NCBI GenBank assembly: GCA_977018835.1
Contig: OZ361259.1
Location: 1,674,001 to 1,738,000, forward strand
DNA length: 64,000 nt
Source: Minutocellus sp. GHC0000111
Taxonomy: Eukaryota
Reading direction: 5' to 3'
The notes under the pieces are model-generated. The model was given only the letters and a program-made list of their open reading frames with translations, had not been told where the DNA came from and did not search any database. Positions 10,513 through 20,748 of the stretch are shown here, piece by piece; positions within the stretch are counted from its first letter, which is position 1, and each line of letters starts with the position of its first letter. The position numbers and the translations under genes were made by a program.

Positions 10513-12198
10513 ATGAACTTCCGTAACATCGCTATTGCTGCGCTTGCCGCTCTCGGCTCTCAGCCGACAGAGGTGTCCGCCCGCGCTCTCCGCCACCGCC
10601 AGGGGGAGGCCTCATCCACCCGAGGCGATGGGCCATCGCACCATCCATGGGCGTACGGCGCAGCAGCTGCTGCAGCGGCGGCATTTGCTGCGGCAAATAT
10701 GGTGGGCGGAGGCCGAGCTCGTGGTGGCCGCCGCTCAGCTGCCAATGGCGACGAGGAGGAGGTCGACGAAGAGGAAGACATCGCCCCCCTCCCCAGCTCG
10801 TCTGACACCCCCGGAACAGCCAATCCTCTCGCGCGCATGGGGTCTGTTCCGGGACCAATCCCCGGGGCGGCACGGGAGGTCGAGTCCGCCCCTGCTATTC
10901 GCCGGACCGGACCACGACTTGGCAACACGTCCGGCCAAAGGAGGCGCCGCGACACTCTCCGCATGCTCGGGGGGCAGCCACCAGAGCTCATACCAGAAGG
11001 CACTCCCCCGTCTGGACTAGAGATCGACGTCCCGATGTTTGAGATAGACCGAGAATACGAGAAGGCAGGATTCGAGCTCACCACGCCGGGCGTGTTTTAC
11101 CACGAACGGACGCAAATGCCCTACCGTCTTGTGGGTGTGCTGGAGGGAACCAGGGACTGCCTGGTTCGCCTCCGAGTTCTGGACGACGTTGTTGATGCCA
11201 CGGAAACGGCCACCGCCCATCAACAGCTCGAGGACGCGCGGCTAGATCATTCGGCGGAGTCGATAGGCGACATCCTTCTGACCATTCCTATTGCCATCGA
11301 CGATGACTCTGATCTTACCCGTCCCTTCGGATACAAAGGCCTACGGAAGGCGCCAACCATCAAGGCTCTAAAGATACCATACGAGACCGAGCAGGAGATT
11401 GCTGACCACATCGCCGGCATGAGGGGAGAGTATGTCGTCTACTACAAGGTGATCAACGGGGAACGGAAGAGGAAGGTCGTGAGGTCAGCAGCAGGGATCC
11501 CTCGGCGTGCGAACCTGAAGAACTACCGCGTTGATGAACTTGTTATGATATCCAAGGCTACACCGGAAGAAAGATCGCTTCACCCTCGCGTCCCAAGTTA
11601 CGGCGGCACCGTTGCCGATTGTCAAAGGTTTCATGCTGATTTGTCCAAGCATAAAAATCTTGTGCTTGCGACATACGCTAAGTACATAGTTGGGCGTGAT
11701 CTAGTGCCAGTTTCAGACTTGGAAATGGTCCCAGCAGCTGGGAAGCACTGGGTGATCGCAGAGGAAATATTGGCCCAGCGCATGGACACGTGGGGAGAGT
11801 ACAAGGACTCTGCAAATTTTGTGGGTACCGCGAAAGTTACTTACCGCAAAATAACTGCACTTACCAATGCGGTGATGTTTGGCACACACCACAAGCTTAC
11901 ACCGAACTGGAGCGATGACTACCATTCCTGCCACCTGGGTTGCGAAGGAGAACACAACGGCACCTGCACACTGTACACTCACGTGACGTTTGGTACGGCG
12001 AAACTAAACGAAGGCCTTCACAAGAAGTGCCCTGGCCACATCGTCGTGGTGCAACCCGGCGGCAGGCTCCGTGCGTACAAGGTGTGCCGATGTGATGCAG
12101 ACCCCAGCCAGACCCCAGCACAACTTTGCTGCATGAAGATGAGGGTAGTTTCAGTTGGAGCGGAGGTGCCCCTGGTGTGGGTCGGAGGAAGGGTGTAG
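10513..12198 (+). CDS. Element ORF4: C-terminal His-Cys box / His-Me finger zinc-binding endonuclease (I-PpoI-like homing endonuclease family)
   Basis: HSCHLGC..HNGTC....HVTFGT...N....KC.G...CRC...CC matches the SHLC-HN-xxC-xxxxH-x8-N-x5-C pattern of the His-Cys-box zinc loop. Confidence 0.72.
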   Translation: MNFRNIAIAALAALGSQPTEVSARALRHRQGEASSTRGDGPSHHPWAYGAAAAAAAAFAAANMVGGGRARGGRRSAANGDEEEVDEEEDIAPLPSSSDTPGTANPLARMGSVPGPIPGAAREVESAPAIRRTGPRLGNTSGQRRRRDTLRMLGGQPPELIPEGTPPSGLEIDVPMFEIDREYEKAGFELTTPGVFYHERTQMPYRLVGVLEGTRDCLVRLRVLDDVVDATETATAHQQLEDARLDHSAESIGDILLTIPIAIDDDSDLTRPFGYKGLRKAPTIKALKIPYETEQEIADHIAGMRGEYVVYYKVINGERKRKVVRSAAGIPRRANLKNYRVDELVMISKATPEERSLHPRVPSYGGTVADCQRFHADLSKHKNLVLATYAKYIVGRDLVPVSDLEMVPAAGKHWVIAEEILAQRMDTWGEYKDSANFVGTAKVTYRKITALTNAVMFGTHHKLTPNWSDDYHSCHLGCEGEHNGTCTLYTHVTFGTAKLNEGLHKKCPGHIVVVQPGGRLRAYKVCRCDADPSQTPAQLCCMKMRVVSVGAEVPLVWVGGRV

Positions 12199-12369
12199 AG
12201 AGGCCAGCGTTCTTTTAAGTAGTAATTTCGAACTGTCGCCACACATGATGGAACCTTGAGCCTCTCCGGACACATAGCTGAGTTCCTAGCGCAAGGTCGT
12301 GACTGGTATGTAAGGTATTGACTTCTATAGCATTAACCTAAGCTATTCGTTATTGCTCAATTCAACTAC

Positions 12370-13879
12370 TGGAGGTGCCCTGAGCTTGGACGGATCCGTC
12401 GGTGCCAACGTTGGATGCACCGGTAATGGTGGAGCCAGGAGCAAAGAGGTCGATGCAGGCTCCATAGTTGGAGAAGGATGAACGCGTGTGAGATCCGGAG
12501 AGGCTGTCATCGACGGCGGCGACCGTAATGGCCAGGCTTGAGTAGGGAGAGAAGTTGCAGGCGTCAGCTATAGATTATTGAAAGAGGCAACAGAAAGGGA
12601 TCGATTGAGATATATCATGTGAAGGATACTGCAGTGAAGACATAAACTGTATATATTAATAAATAGAAGCCGACTACTTACCGTTCTCGTTTCCGGCAGC
12701 AATCACCACGGTAATGCCCTCGTTGACCATTTCTTCCACGGCCTGGTTCAGAATTTCACTCTGTCCCTGCAGACCCCACCCAATGACCGCCACGGCCTTA
12801 CTCTTGGTGCTGCCATGGCTAGCCTTGTGATTGCTCGCCGCCCATTCCATACCGCAAAGCACCGACGTCGTGGTACCCTCGCCGTTCATGTCCAAAACTT
12901 GAACGGGATGAAGCGTCGCCGCCTTACCGGCACCATAGGATGCTCCACCTGCAATCGAAGCAACGTGAGTACCATGGACAGTGTTCGACCAGTCACTAGA
13001 TCCACCGGTGCAGCTCGTGCCACTTTGCATCCTACCTGAGAACTCTTGATGGGCCGTGTGAATACCCGTGTCGAGGACGTAGAGATCGATATTCTTCCCA
13101 TCGTGAAAGTAAACATATGCTCCATTGCGCGGGCCGCGGGATGACATGCGATCTAGTCCCCAGTTTTTAGATGGATCGTCGATGTTGTTCCATCGCCACA
13201 TGGCCAGGGAACGATGCCCATCATCGACAAAGGTTTCCTCGAGCATCCGTTTGGTCTGCGCCTGCTCATCGGACAGTCGACGCTGGCTCCCGGCCTCCTC
13301 ATCGACATCCTGGGCCTCCTGGAGGTTTCGAACATGTTCGGCAATGGGCACCGCCTGGGCCGTACCTCGGGCGTAGACCTTGTAGTTGTTCTCCATCAGC
13401 ACGACGCTGGCATCGAGTGCCATGGCGGCAGCCTGAGCCTCCTTCAGTATGGCACTGAATCCCTTGATGGTTTGATCGTAGGTCGCCATCAGTGTGCCGC
13501 CGTAGGTGCTGATCAAAGAGGAAGCGGTCACGTCAGCCTTGGGCATGTTTCTACCAGTTGCGACAGTTACAATGTATTCCGAAGGAATTATATCAGATGC
13601 TGGCGGCGGGTTGGCCACGGCTAGATGACGCTCGGTGGTTTGAGAAGAGTCGGTCTCGAGACGGCGGAGGGGGTTGGCTTCGTTGCCATCGGGGGTACGC
13701 GTGTTGATCTTTTGAGAATCTTTGTTCTGTGACCGACTCTTGACTGCGAGATATCTTCGTTTTTGCTCGAAATTATCAGAGCTAAAGGATGTCATACCCA
13801 GAATGCACACGCCGGCAGCCATAAGAGTTATGGAGAGGACGGTCATGGTCCGCTTGCCGTCTCGTCGGCTGCCGGTCAT
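12370..13879 (-). pseudogene. 5' part of subtilisin/proteinase-K-like S8 serine protease (I9-like prodomain); exons 13879-12682 and 12567-12370
   Basis: Catalytic Asp (YVLDTGI), His (HGTHVAS), oxyanion Asn (AAGN), SNYG and IDLFAPG motifs, then GTS running into a stop inside the insertion. GT-AG intron 12681-12568. Confidence 0.92.
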
Positions 13880-14446
13880 TGTCGTTGGCTACTTTTGTGC
13901 GCGTTGAAAAAGATACGGAGCACAAGATGTGCTGGTTTTGGCTGATGAATGCAACGCTTTGATAGCAAAGCAACGTGGTCGCAAATATTGATTGCAGCGC
14001 CTACTGGAAGGGCATCGCAACTACACCTGATCAGTCTCTTCCGAGTGTTGCCTCCTTGCCTGCTGCTGCTAGCCTAGCTATCTGTCTGATTTTCGTGATA
14101 TTTCCGTTGTAGGGGGTAAGATTGCTTATTTCATTAACACATTTTTTTTGAAGTATCTGCTAACTGCTTCAATGTTTCTTAGCGTTGCTGAAATCGCATA
14201 AGCAAAGTGCCGATGACCTTGCCGATGAATTTTTCGATGCCTCAATCAAGAGCTGGCCGCCCGCCTACCAAAAGTTCTACGTGCTTCTACCGAGGAGAGT
14301 AGTCTCAGGGGAAGCTCGAGGAAGTCATCTTTGCATCTTGCGAGGGAATATAGAGGACATATCTTGAGGGCGGTTATTCTTTTTTACTGCCGGTCTCTCC
14401 GTATCTTGTGGATCATACAGTCTTTGAGCAAAAGTTCGACCCTACA

Positions 14447-16260
14447 ATGACTGCCACGGGTGGATTGACCCTCTCCTCCACTTCGATGGCCAGCATGACC
14501 AAGGCCAAGACCATCAGGCAGAAACGGCTCATCCAGGCATTGCCCCTTCTAACCGTCGGCCTGGTCATTGTCTGCTGCGATCTCCATCCAACCTCCACAT
14601 CGATTCGTCGCTCACTCCTCGAAAGCAGCGCGGCACGCTCCCTCCGTACTCTTACGCGAACATCGTCCGATTCCGACCCCTACGGGCGTACCTTTGGAAT
14701 CCTCAAAAATCGTGCCATGAAGGGAGCGCGCATCGCCAACGGACTAGTTAAACCCAACGGAGAAGTACGTCAACTCTCACCTGATCGTCAGCTATATCAC
14801 AATCCTCGCAAGTTGGTGCATTACAACGAAACCACGGGAGAGTGTTCGTTCAGCAAGACATTGGGTCCAACCGAAATTCCCAGCGATGTTACCTTTGAGA
14901 ATACCATTATTGTCGGTTATCCAGGTGGTGATAAGCGAACGATACTGAGGCAGATGGAGGCATTGACGGAACTGAGTGGACGTGACGCATGGGATTATGG
15001 TAAGTCGAGACGATATCAGCCTGTCAATACTTGTCCTCACGAATTATCTCTCACATGTATCCACTGCACTTTTTCCTCTTCATAGAATTCCTCGGCATGA
15101 CCGCCCAGCCGTACATCAAGACCAACTATCCCCATCACGAGGGCATTTGGGGTTGGCAAGACCATGCCGATCATGTCATTCTGGTTGTGCGAAATATCCG
15201 CGAGACCATCGACGAATATCATGACATCCTTGCTGATATTGACTACGCAAAGACCTGGGAAGAAGCCACCGAGAAAATTCCAAATCTGTACAACGGTTAC
15301 ATCGACATGGACAACTATGCTGGTTGGCGTGATGAGCGAGTTATGGATGAGGTAAGAGAATTCCGTCAGGGAAAAATATCTCAATGTTTGCGCGATTTCT
15401 AATGTTTATCCACCTTCTCTCACAATCGTTTACATCTCATTCTTTTATCCTCTCAGATTGGATGGTACGGCTGGGTCATTGACTACTGGATGGAAAGTGG
15501 GCTTATGCGAGATTATTTTGATCACAAGATCACCACACCAGCTCACTTTGAGCTGTTGAGAGAGCCCGAGACTTATACTTATGGCGAAGTTCAGTGGGAC
15601 GTGAGCAATTGCGCCACCGAGATCAACGAAACCAACCCTCTTCCCCTCTCCTATGATCCTCATTGCGCCAACGAAGTCTCTGGTGGATGCGAACCTGTTA
15701 TGGTAATGAGTGCTGAACGCCTCATGGACCCCGCCACTGGCTACGATGAGCATCGACGCATTGCCAACTACCTCAGTCAAACACCAGGTGTTCAAGATTA
15801 TCTCATCGAGCAACCAGAAGCTTGGGATTGTCTGTACGATACTCTCATCGTGAACAACCCCGATGGTGCACCCCCTGCAGAGTCGGTGGGCTATCACGAT
15901 CTTCGATGGCGTGATAGTGCCAATCCCAACCCTGCTGAGCATCCTCTATCGACAAGAATGCTCACTGAGATGGTTGAGCAGCTCACCCGCCTGATCAACA
16001 AGTACAGCGCATACGATCCCGAGACTGGCATCGACTGGACTCAGAAACAGATTGCCATCGATCTGGTCGATATATTGAAAGGCTATAGAACTGAAGTTCA
16101 AGCTGAGCTCGACGTTACCCCGAGTGCAGTTTGGACGCACGCCCCTCATCCACATTGGGTGATCTTCCCAATGTGCGGCGTCTCAAAGATACACATGGGA
16201 TTATTCTTATCCCCATATCACTCAGATGACTGTGTAGAAATATCTTTACTTCATCATTAG
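14447..16260 (+). CDS. Type II membrane protein, sulfotransferase-like family; introns 15000-15085 and 15352-15456; 3' end uncertain
   Basis: GTAAG...AG introns join the three ORFs in frame (DY/EFL, DE/IGW). YPGGDKRT, KTNYPH and ILVVRN resemble PAPS-loop sulfotransferase motifs. Confidence 0.6.
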
Positions 16261-16298
16261 AAATACATTATTATGCCACATTCCATCGTCGACCTTCC

Positions 16299-18359
16299 TC
16301 AAATATAACTCGCTGGAGTAAAGATGTAGTCGCCCCACGAGTTGCGTCCATAACCGCCGTAGTATCCATAATAGCCCGTCCATCGGCTGCGGGCCTGGGC
16401 ATCGTAAACTCTCTCCCGCTCACTGCGACGGATCTGATCCGAGAACCAATCCCCACCTCTCACACCTCCGTAGCCACCATAGTCGGGGTAGCTGTACCCG
16501 TACCGGCCCCAGTTGGAATAGCCAAAGTAGGGATCCCAATAGCCGTTGGCGGGGGCGTAGGCGGGGTTGTTGTAGCGCGAGTCGCTGTACGAGGTGCCGT
16601 AGCGGTCATAGCCGCGACGGAAGGGCATCTGCTCGGCCTCGGCGTAGGGGGCATCGGGAGTGCCGACGTTTCCATTGGCATCAGTGTTGACGTTAGGATT
16701 GGTATTAGCCTGCTGAGACGTGGCAAGGGCCGAGTTGGCGGCATCTCTCTCGGCGGACTCGAGGTAAGAGAACTTCTTCGCCGGTGTCTTGGGGGCGGCG
16801 TTCGCTTGAGCCGTTGCTTGTTGGGCTTGTTGAGGTGCTTGTGGGGCTTGATGAGGCTGCTGAGGAGCGTTATTCTGAGCACCCATACTGTTGAGGTAGG
16901 AATTTGTCGCTCCTGCTCCATTGGTGGCAGGGGTGGCCTGACCTTGCTGCTGCTGACCCTGCTGCTGTTGGCCCTGTTGCCGCATCTGCATCTGCATCTG
17001 TTGTTGCTGCTGCTCCGGTCCAGGGGGCAGCATGTTCTCCCCCCTCATCCTGCGCTCCTGCCAATCCCTTCGTCGGGCGTACTCCTGCCGTCCCCGTTCC
17101 TTGTCCATCTCGCGCTGTCCCTCGGCAAACTCGACGGTATCGGCGTAGTAGTCGGGACCGTTCCGCTGCGATCCCCACAGGTAGGCGTTGCGCCGTCCGT
17201 CGCCGTAGTAGTTGCCCCACCCGTAGTCGTAGACGAAGGGGTCGTAGTACCCCCACGGACCACCGCCGTAGCCATAGCCGTAGCTGTAGGGTCCATAGGC
17301 GTAGCCGGGGTTGGAATACCCATACCCATTGTAGTACGGACCGCTGTATGGGTAGTAACTCCCGGCGTAGCTCTGCCACGAATTCTCGTAGGGGGTGCCA
17401 TATCTGGACGACCCGTAGGCACCGGCCCACGGACCGTACCCGTAGGCCGAATCCCACACACCGTACCGTCTGCCGTAGTATCCGGCGCTGCCTCTACCAA
17501 AGGCCTCGGTGGCCTCCATCCGATTGCCCTCGGTCTTGGCGATGCGGCGGGCCTGGGAGGGGGTGGGCAGATATCGCGCGTCGACGGAGGGGTTGACCAT
17601 CCGGTCGATGTCAATGTTGGTACCCGACGTGGGAGGGCGGAGGGGCCTGATGTTTTGGTTCTGCTTGTAGGGCGTCCCGAGGGTGGTGTAGGAGCCGGTG
17701 GCTGAGTTGGCGAGGATGGTGGGACGGCGGGGGACCATCTGGCCGGCTGCCTGGCTGGGCTGCTCGATCTGGAGCTGGCCTGGGGTCTGAGTTTGGACGT
17801 GTTGCTGAGCTTGAGCCTGCTGTTGCTGTTCGAGAATGCCCTGACCCTGCTGACCAGCCTGCATCTGAGTCCGAGCCTGAGGCTGCACCTGCCCGCCGAC
17901 TCCAGCCTGACCAGGACCTGAGCTGCCCATCATCTCCCGTATAGTCTTGAGCTCATCCAGCGCGGCATTGAGCGCGTCGGTGGTCGTCTTGAGCTCCGTC
18001 TGCCACACGGTCGCTGTTGTCCCTCCTCCCATTCCTCCCGGGCTGCCCCCGCGCTGCGCCGCGCCGGCCCGCATGGCGTCGTAGCTGGCGGCCGAGTAGG
18101 CGCGCTTCAGCTGCTCGTCGTAGGACGCCATGGTGGACGCAGTTGTAGAAGAGGGTGGGTTCATATTGAGAGACAGGGATAGAGCCCGTCCAGGAGGAGA
18201 TGATTGGGTCCGTGTCACCCCATGGAACGAAAAGACATGGGTCTGCTGGAAGACATGATGAGAATTTTGGGCGGGAGGTTGAAAAGCGGCACATGACGGG
18301 CTCCATAAAGCCGCCGAGGCGGCAGCGGCCGCCGAAAGGCGCTTCATGATGCCGATCAA
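16299..18359 (-). CDS. Predicted plastid-targeted low-complexity protein (Q-rich and Y/G-rich)
   Basis: 686-aa ORF with a signal peptide ending SCAA-FQPP (ASAF-type), then poly-Q/A segments and Tyr/Gly/Trp-rich segments. Confidence 0.8.
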   Translation of the reverse strand: MIGIMKRLSAAAAASAALWSPSCAAFQPPAQNSHHVFQQTHVFSFHGVTRTQSSPPGRALSLSLNMNPPSSTTASTMASYDEQLKRAYSAASYDAMRAGAAQRGGSPGGMGGGTTATVWQTELKTTTDALNAALDELKTIREMMGSSGPGQAGVGGQVQPQARTQMQAGQQGQGILEQQQQAQAQQHVQTQTPGQLQIEQPSQAAGQMVPRRPTILANSATGSYTTLGTPYKQNQNIRPLRPPTSGTNIDIDRMVNPSVDARYLPTPSQARRIAKTEGNRMEATEAFGRGSAGYYGRRYGVWDSAYGYGPWAGAYGSSRYGTPYENSWQSYAGSYYPYSGPYYNGYGYSNPGYAYGPYSYGYGYGGGPWGYYDPFVYDYGWGNYYGDGRRNAYLWGSQRNGPDYYADTVEFAEGQREMDKERGRQEYARRRDWQERRMRGENMLPPGPEQQQQQMQMQMRQQGQQQQGQQQQGQATPATNGAGATNSYLNSMGAQNNAPQQPHQAPQAPQQAQQATAQANAAPKTPAKKFSYLESAERDAANSALATSQQANTNPNVNTDANGNVGTPDAPYAEAEQMPFRRGYDRYGTSYSDSRYNNPAYAPANGYWDPYFGYSNWGRYGYSYPDYGGYGGVRGGDWFSDQIRRSERERVYDAQARSRWTGYYGYYGGYGRNSWGDYIFTPASYI

Positions 18360-18846
18360 TAGACGAGTTGTCTGTCTTTCGGCAAGGGAAAGGCAGCCCA
18401 GGTCTCCCTTTCTCTACTTTGACCTTTCACCTCGAGCTCTCGAATGTTCTGGAGAATGGTGGACGTGGCGGCACTTTCAGTGCAAAATAAAAGCAAGCGG
18501 CACTGGCCTGGCCGGCTTGCTCGCTTGGCGCCATCGGGACTAAGGCTTGATCCCGCTTTTCGACATCTCCCGCCGCCCCGAAAGAGCATTGCAGCCGTGT
18601 GCGTCCTGGCTTGGCGATATACAGTATCGTTACCATCTATATACAAGTTACAAATGAGGTGTAGCGTCGATAGCTGCCCTGCTTTACACGGAAAGATCCT
18701 CACCTTCATATAAAAATGAAAAACAAAGGGAATGTGATTACATGTGGATTTATTTGGCTTGACTGATCCCGATTTTCGATATCTACGGTACTTGACGCGG
18801 AGAACAAGCAAAAGTGCATCCAGAGCAAAACGCATGTCTAATTCCA

Positions 18847-19958
18847 TTAGAATTGCCAAGGATTCTCATAAATAGTGCCCTTTGTGACACCAAAGATCAT
18901 TGTAAAGGCACCATAAATATCCACATAACTGCTGGGAAAGACACAAGTGAGGTCGGAGTTCGCTTCCTTCACCAACTCCAGTGAAACGTCACAATCACGG
19001 GCTTCATCCAAATTCCAGGCTTCGTTCGGACGTGTGTACTGATTGTCAAGCAAACAGAAAAATTGCAGCCGATGGCAGTACTTTGCAACTGCATTGAGAG
19101 ACACGAAAGTGAGCGGCTCCCTAACTTCTAAATCCAACACGTCCCTTCCACACGTGTCGCCAGGATCGTATTCAGCTTGAGCGTGAGCTCGGAAGCAGTT
19201 GACAAGTTCCAACGTTTCAAGGTTATCTCCGACATGACTGAGGAGTCTTTTAACGTGGTCATCTGTCATCCAGGGAACTCCAAAGAGAGATAACGTAGGC
19301 CTGTAAGATCAAAGTCAATCATCTTACTGTCGCGGGTTCTACTCGGTGCGACAGCTCCTCAAGCGAGGAACATGGTCTCTTCCCCTCGATTTGGACCTGG
19401 TGGAACAAGGGGTCCCTTGGGTGGAACAAATGAGCCTACTAGTACATCCCAGTACTCGTCCCGTTCCTCATCGACTACCGTCGCAAAGCGGATGTAGAAG
19501 TCGTAGTCATCGCCTTGCATGACCTCAGCACCATACAAGAGCGCCTCAGAACTACTTGGTCTCAGTTTCTCGACTCTTGCGGCGTATTGGGAGAGTAAAT
19601 GGCGTCTGTAGATAGGGGAGCTTCGAATCGCACGTTGACGCGGTGTTTCGCCATATGCTTTGCGCTTCGCATCAATCGCTTTGTCGACGGCGATCCAGGC
19701 ATCACTGGCAGCGTTCTTGACAAATTTGGATGACATCTCGCAATGCACTAGGGAAACAACGTCGAGAAAACCAAGGGCCCTCACAAATGCGTCATGAGAG
19801 TCACGTGCCAGCCAGACAAGCATGTTGTTATACCTGCCACTCGTTGCTGGCGGCAGGATAATTTTGTTTGTAGAATCGAGCAATGTGCTGGGCAATCTTC
19901 GTGCGGGTGGGAATGTTGCTTTGAGAGTGCCACTTGATGCTTCCTGTAGTATCGACAC
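18847..19958 (-). pseudogene. F-box/LRR-like protein, broken into ORFs 19359-19958 and 18847-19269
   Basis: AFVRALGFLDVVSLVHCEMSSK is F-box-like, and LETLELVNC / LNAVAKYCHRLQFFCL are LRR-like. No plausible intron bridges 19270-19360. Confidence 0.45.
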
Positions 19959-20748
19959 TCTTCTTAGTAAGGACGGGTGCTGGCTTCTTTTCGTCGTTAT
20001 TATTGGGCGTAGTGTCCGACTTTATGAGCTTTGAAGGCTGGTTGAATGCTGAAGTTGAGTGATAAAACGATGACGATCGCTTATTGTCGGTATTTTGGGG
20101 CGAATCTCTTTTCTTGGATTCGTTGGAAGCGTCATTGGTCTTGATTGATTGTTCTGTTGTGCCATCTTTCTCGAGGTTGGTCAGCGACGATGGATTCGCA
20201 GAATCGGCAGAAAAAGACGCGGAAGGCGAAGGTGCCGTGAGGTCAGATTTTGCGCTAATGTTGGACATGATGGGAAGGTGCGAGATGACGAAGAAATATG
20301 TTTATTCGGTTGATTTGTTCGGTATCCAATTCACTTTTGTTTCGTTTGTTCCGATGAATTGTGAAGATGCCATGCGCATCTCGTGCCGATTTCTTCTATC
20401 AGGAATTCAAACAGTCAGATGTCAAGCGTGCGAGAAAATTCGAAATAATCGAAGCCAAAGCGTCTGGCCGTCAGCTGTCAACGGCGTGGTCGCGAAAATT
20501 CAACACAAAAACGCCTTCGCGTCGTTCAGCAGCCGAACGAAGACAAGAGGGAGGGGCGGAGGGAAAGAACGCACGATGCCAACATTCAAGAAGAGGCAAA
20601 GGCCATGCCGGCGCAAGATTATTGTTGTCTGTTCTTGCTAGTTGCGCTGGCCCGTCGCTCTCCTTTCAACTGCCGGTCTACCGATGTCGGCACAACCAAC
20701 TTCTCCAAAGTAGCACATATCGTGCTTTCCCATATGATTTTGCAAGCC

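Larger units (their letters stand above)
5266..12369. mobile_element. 7,104-bp insertion with 5-bp flanking direct repeat TGGAG (5261-5265 and 12370-12374); four-gene element of unrecognised class
   Basis: Removing 5266-12374 restores ...CAG GGC ACC TCC ACC GCC GCT GGC ATG GTC GCC GGC (QGTSTAAGMVAG) on the minus strand. No TIR or LTR is visible. Confidence 0.88.

Noticed and set aside
5266..12369. The insertion as a giant spliceosomal, group I or group II intron
   Set aside because: In gene sense it can start with GT, but no register ends in AG (spliceosomal), G (group I) or a frame-preserving AY with a GUGYG start (group II). Nearby AGs give stops or frameshifts.
5266..12369. LTR retrotransposon, Helitron, Polinton or endogenous virus
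   Set aside because: No LTRs or TG..CA ends, no RT, integrase, Rep/helicase, polB or capsid motifs were seen, and Helitrons make no TSD.
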